A stretch of 64,000 bases of DNA from an uncultured Desulfobacteraceae bacterium. GTDB taxonomy: Bacteria > Desulfobacterota > Desulfobacteria > Desulfobacterales > Desulfatirhabdiaceae. Numbering within the stretch: position 1 is the first letter of the stretch; every line of letters starts with the position of its first letter. Positions 59,989-64,000 of this stretch are shown here, piece after piece. The DNA lies in NCBI GenBank assembly GCA_903953895.1, contig CAJBLH010000162.1:939-64938 (forward strand), in the 5' to 3' direction. The translations under genes and the position numbers were made by a program. The notes below the pieces were generated by a model, which was given only the letters and a program-made list of their open reading frames with translations, did not search any database and had not been told where the DNA came from.

Positions 59989-60963
59989 ATGAACAGCCAA
60001 GCTTGCAATCAATTGCTGATGCCGATGACCGCGGCTGAAATGCTGGAGAATTTCTGTAAGGTGTTACCGAAACATGTAACCCTGATCGAAGTGGGGCTGC
60101 GGGACGGGTTACAGTTCGAGGAAAAAATTGTTCCGACCCTGCTGAAGCGTGAAATCGTCTTGCACCTGGCAGCGGCCGGATTCAAGCATATACAGGTGGC
60201 TTCATTCGTTCATCCCGGAAAAGTGCCTCAGATGGCGGATGCGGAAAAGTTGATTTCTGCGCTGTCCGGAATATCGGGAGTTGCCTTCAACGCCCTGGCG
60301 CTGAATATGGCAGGTGTGGAACGGGCAATATCTTCACACTTGACCCACATCGAGGTTTCGGTGTCTGCCAGCAATCGACACAGCCTGAACAACACGGGCA
60401 TGCATGCGGAGGCGGCCTTAAAAACGGGCTTAAGAATGGTAGAGTTATCCAAAAGGCACGGGATGCATGTTCGGGCAGGCATTCAGTGCGCCTTTGGCAG
60501 TGGACACGATGAGATTATTTCAGAAGATCAGATTGTGGCAGCAGTTAAAGACCTGGTGGCAGCCGGCGCAGACATGCTCTGTCTGGCCGACACGACCGGG
60601 ATGGCTACGCCGATTTCGGTCCATCGGCTTGTCTGCGCCGTCATGCCTTATGTCGGAAAACTTCCAGTCGTTCTGCATCTTCACGATACACGGGGGCTCG
60701 GGCTGGTAAATGTTATGGCGGCCTTATCCTGCGGGATAACGCATTTCGATACGGCTATTGCCGGCATGGGTGGATGCCCGTTCATTCCAGGCGCCGCCGG
60801 AAATATCGCTACGGAAGATACCCTTTACCTGCTGTCTTCCCTGCATATCGAAACCGGTTTGAATCTTTCCAAAATCGCCGCCTGTTCCAGAGACATGGAA
60901 TTGTTTTTTGAAAAACGTTTTCCAGGAAAGGTGTATCGACACGCCGTTTATATAGACTTTTAG
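59989..60963 (+). CDS. Hydroxymethylglutaryl-CoA lyase family protein
   Basis: EVGLRDGLQ, SFVHP..VPQMAD, ADTTG, HLHDTRG and GGCPF..GAAGNIATED motifs. Confidence 0.9.
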   Translation: MNSQACNQLLMPMTAAEMLENFCKVLPKHVTLIEVGLRDGLQFEEKIVPTLLKREIVLHLAAAGFKHIQVASFVHPGKVPQMADAEKLISALSGISGVAFNALALNMAGVERAISSHLTHIEVSVSASNRHSLNNTGMHAEAALKTGLRMVELSKRHGMHVRAGIQCAFGSGHDEIISEDQIVAAVKDLVAAGADMLCLADTTGMATPISVHRLVCAVMPYVGKLPVVLHLHDTRGLGLVNVMAALSCGITHFDTAIAGMGGCPFIPGAAGNIATEDTLYLLSSLHIETGLNLSKIAACSRDMELFFEKRFPGKVYRHAVYIDF

Positions 60964-61125
60964 AAAATTCGGGCTTGGTTCTAATTTCGCCCACTTTATA
61001 CCAAACACAGAATATTAAACCGGTTTAACATTCTGGATTTAATTGTAAAAAGTGGCGGAAAATAAAACGACGCTGGCACAAGCGGACCAAGTGAGAACCA
61101 AGCCCATTTTTCTATCAATGTCTAT
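60952..61125. mobile_element. About 174-bp foldback (MITE-like) element with nested inverted repeats
   Basis: Ends atagac...tagaaaa..gggcttggttct / agaaccaagccc.tttttcta...gtctat, with inner ccacttt/aaagtgg and cagaat.ttaaaccggtttaa.attctg. Only one copy in the window. Confidence 0.55.
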
Positions 61126-61151
61126 GCCATGCGGGGTACAGGGTGATCTTT

Positions 61152-62270
61152 TTAATTCCAGATTTTTTCAGACCATCCAGCACGTGTTCCGACTGATGCT
61201 ATAAAGAAACGTTCAAATACGAAATAGGATATCGTGGCTATAGTAAAAGAACATGCAATATAATAAAAAAACTTGATGGTTATTGAAATATCCTGATAAT
61301 TTATATAGTTCGATATCGGATGATGCCATATATATAGACTATAACTAATAGCCGCGATATAGTAAACAGATAGTGATATGAATTGCTGTTTAATCCTTAT
61401 ATGGCGATACTTGAAAAGCAGTATCGATAGTAAAAATTGAGATAAATAAGAGAAGTTACTCAATGCATACACCCCCAAAGGGTTACGATAATCGATATTT
61501 GTAATCCAGTAAAAATTGAGTACTGCCAATACGATCAGGGATAACCAGCAAAACAATGAATTTATCCTTGTTATAACAATCTCAAGTTTGTCAACCTTAT
61601 ATAATAATATCCCGAGCGCAAAAGCATATAAGTGTATGATCATTTGGTCGTTTCCAATTGTAACCATTTTGTTAACGTTGAAATTCTGATTCACGAACTG
61701 AAAAACGGCAAAATTCCGTAAAATTAAACTTACGACCACCAACAACATCATGATGCCAAAGCAGCCGATAATATTCGAATTTAAAATAGTGGCAATCAGA
61801 AACGGCGCGATAAGATACCATTGAAATTCTACACCTAAGCTCCAGAAAACTGGATTTATGGCACGGTCGTAATCTACCCAAAAATTATGAATATTTAAAA
61901 TATGTGTTATTAAATTCATGCTATCAAAGCCATTGATAGAAAATAAAACTAAGATTGCTACCAGATATGCCGGATAAATACGATAAGCTCTCTTTTTAAT
62001 AAAATAAAAATATGCGTGATTGATATTTAGTAGTTTCTTCATGGTTGATTGGAATGATGCTGTAAGCAAATACCCGCTAATAATAAAAAAAATGGGAACC
62101 CCATAATTCAGTGGTATTTGTAATATATATTTTAACCATAAAGGGATTTCCGTTTGAGATGTGGCAAAATGTCCGGTTACCACTGAAATAACTGCAATTG
62201 CTCGAAAACAATCAAATGCCTGTGAATATTGACTTTTATCGTGTTTTATATCACGTAGTAGCTGAGACAT
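61152..62270 (-). CDS. Acyltransferase family 3 (OafA-like O-acyltransferase), AT-rich
   Basis: DCFRAIA..VV..H, FFIISGYL, RAYRIYP, WSLGVEFQWY, SYSLYIWH and SY..FER motifs. Confidence 0.92.
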   Translation of the reverse strand: MSQLLRDIKHDKSQYSQAFDCFRAIAVISVVTGHFATSQTEIPLWLKYILQIPLNYGVPIFFIISGYLLTASFQSTMKKLLNINHAYFYFIKKRAYRIYPAYLVAILVLFSINGFDSMNLITHILNIHNFWVDYDRAINPVFWSLGVEFQWYLIAPFLIATILNSNIIGCFGIMMLLVVVSLILRNFAVFQFVNQNFNVNKMVTIGNDQMIIHLYAFALGILLYKVDKLEIVITRINSLFCWLSLIVLAVLNFYWITNIDYRNPLGVYALSNFSYLSQFLLSILLFKYRHIRIKQQFISLSVYYIAAISYSLYIWHHPISNYINYQDISITIKFFYYIACSFTIATISYFVFERFFIASVGTRAGWSEKIWN

Positions 62271-62353
62271 AATCTCAAACCTTTCTGTACAAACATTGAT
62301 TTGGTAATGCCGACCCGAAGCATCCTCATGTCTCCATTGGCTGATTATCTATG

Positions 62354-62626
62354 TCATGATTTAATGACGTTGTACTTCCGTAAATTGGTTTTGATGTAAG
62401 GCCAGTGCAGGAAAAGATGAAGGACCATCACGACGATGAACAGCAACGCCGTCCATTCATGAACTTCCCGCAGAAAATGCCGAAAATTGCCCGCAAACCC
62501 GCCCCCACCACCGCCGCCCCTCGGCACGAACAGCCAGTTGATCAGGCCTGTCAGAGACAGAATCGAAAACAATACAAAAGAAAATACATTGATGATCCAC
62601 AGAGTTGCTCCTTTGTTCATGGACAT
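62354..62626 (-). CDS. DUF4405 (cytochrome-b-like) small membrane protein
   Basis: Two TM helices with EVHEW...VLHLFLHW; GGAGG RBS. Confidence 0.75.
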   Translation of the reverse strand: MSMNKGATLWIINVFSFVLFSILSLTGLINWLFVPRGGGGGGGFAGNFRHFLREVHEWTALLFIVVMVLHLFLHWPYIKTNLRKYNVIKS

Positions 62627-62650
62627 GACAATTCCTCCAAAATGGGTTGT

Positions 62651-64000
62651 TCATTTGTTGAAAGCCAAATAAATCTCGATGGATGCCGGTTTTCCATCCG
62701 ATGGTGCGGGCAGAGTCCAGCTCTTGAACAGATTCAAAATACAGGCTTTCAGCACGTCATTGTGTATTTCGTCGGTACCGACCTGAATGTTGAGCATGTT
62801 GCCCTTTCCGTCTATATCCATCTTTACGGATATCTTTCCGCCTTCCGTCATGACGGCGTAGCAGCTATCGATTTCCTTGAGATGCTCCGCGATGAATGCT
62901 TCCATCAGTTTTGGGGAGATGCTGCCGGAAATCAGCATGCTTTCCGCAAGATGTTTCACCCGGATGTTGATTTCGGGCAGGGTTTCAGCCTTGGTTTCCG
63001 TGAATTTCAAACTCTCTTTAGCCATTTGCCTGCCGGACGCCGGCGCCGGAGACATGGCGTACCGGGTGGTGCTGCTTGCGCCCACGGCCAGATCCGATAC
63101 ACCCTGCGGCAGGGGGAGCGGTTGCTGGATGGTGGTGGATTTTCCGTCCACATTTCTGACCAGGGAATCAATGGCCACAAACGAAGTGTATTCGGTCAGC
63201 AGATTGTATTCAAGACCCAGTCGGGTGATTTCCTTCACGCGCGCGTCGTCGGAGGACAATTTTTGATAATCCGACAGCACGGCAATCCGGTGCCGGGCCC
63301 ACAGATATCGGATGGCGGAATTGGCGGCCGTCGGTTTGGCGCTGCCAGCATCGATACTTGCCGAATACGGCCGATCTCCGCTGATACCGGAAAGCCGGAT
63401 GGTTCCCTTGGGTTCTCCCTTCCATTTGCCAAAGAGGATGACGGGCCGCTCGGCCAGTACATCGGGAAGGGCAGGGGGCTCGACATCATATGCCTGAAAT
63501 CCTGCAAAATCCGTTTTGACCTTTGTCAGAACCGGCGACTGAATGTATTTTCTGAATTTTTCGGCTTTCGATTCGGCGTCGGTCGGGCTTGTGATGATAA
63601 ACGCTTCGCCCATGCCGGCCCGTGCGATGCCTTCGATCAAAAAGCGGTTGACCGATGTGCCGATACCGAAGGCAAACATGTTGGCGCGACCCAGATTGTT
63701 CCGGATCACCTGGAAGGCGTCCTTTTCCACATCCACATAACCGTCGGTGGCAATCACGATGGTGCGCGATCGTTTTTCATCGCCGGCAAGTGCAAGAGCG
63801 CGTTTCAAAGCCGGAAGCAACTCTGTTCCGCCGCCGCCACTTTGGTGATCGATCACCTGGATCGCCCTGGCGATGTTGACTGGATCGGCAGGCATGGATT
63901 TTTCCGAAAGCATGGCCGAACTGCCGGCAAACAAGAGGACATTGAACGTGTCGGTCGGCTTGAGGCCGCCGATCAGTGATTTGAGAAGATTCTTGGAAAT
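62651..64000 (-). CDS. VWA (VIT-type) protein with AgmX/PglI-like (TonB-C-like) C-terminal domain; 5' end off the window
   Basis: Frame open to the window edge (ISKNLL...DTFNVLLF); GGGTEL, TDGYV, FGIG.SVNR and YTSFVAID; tail IDSCY...KACI...WTLPAP. Confidence 0.85.
   Translation of the reverse strand: MSKNLLKSLIGGLKPTDTFNVLLFAGSSAMLSEKSMPADPVNIARAIQVIDHQSGGGGTELLPALKRALALAGDEKRSRTIVIATDGYVDVEKDAFQVIRNNLGRANMFAFGIGTSVNRFLIEGIARAGMGEAFIITSPTDAESKAEKFRKYIQSPVLTKVKTDFAGFQAYDVEPPALPDVLAERPVILFGKWKGEPKGTIRLSGISGDRPYSASIDAGSAKPTAANSAIRYLWARHRIAVLSDYQKLSSDDARVKEITRLGLEYNLLTEYTSFVAIDSLVRNVDGKSTTIQQPLPLPQGVSDLAVGASSTTRYAMSPAPASGRQMAKESLKFTETKAETLPEINIRVKHLAESMLISGSISPKLMEAFIAEHLKEIDSCYAVMTEGGKISVKMDIDGKGNMLNIQVGTDEIHNDVLKACILNLFKSWTLPAPSDGKPASIEIYLAFNK

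Noticed and set aside
62405..63979. 524-aa plus-strand ORF
   Set aside because: Antisense shadow of the VWA and DUF4405 genes; no recognisable motifs.

Overview
A mostly housekeeping chromosomal segment at roughly 50% GC. The gene set and protein sequences suggest a Desulfobacterota/Desulfobacterales-like anaerobe (inference). No rRNA, tRNA, CRISPR array, prophage or transposase gene was seen. From left to right the window contains: a fatty-acyl-CoA locus (partial CoA-transferase, long-chain acyl-CoA ligase, and a thioesterase whose catalytic motif is out of frame between two compensating frameshifts); a REC-PAS-GGDEF protein, glycogen phosphorylase and a hybrid kinase; a small flagellum-related trio (short rod-like protein, HExxH/CxxC protein, fliW) with two sigma54-type promoters; a tightly coupled minus-strand cluster (orphan solute-binding lipoprotein, Cys-insert HAMP/PAS kinase, REC-STAS regulator, CxxC thioredoxin-like protein, GAF-TM-Cys-less rhodanese, MauE/DoxX, lipoprotein), which is the best candidate for an undescribed system. 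Core genes follow: alaC-like aminotransferase, hom, thrH, purM, tsaD, ferredoxin, leuCD, lepA, nadC, valS, hflKC, NAD kinase, liv ABC transporter, ligA, acylphosphatase, HU, ftsY, aap ABC transporter and HMG-CoA lyase. The window ends with an AT-rich acyltransferase and a partial VWA protein. Also notable are a PopZ/RomR-like acidic scaffold upstream of valS, a 32-aa bS22-type ribosomal protein missed by the ORF track, a rhomboid-DnaJ_C fusion, two copies of a 103-bp TA-flanked MITE, and several families of REP-like palindromes. All calls come from reading the sequence by eye; no database searches were run.
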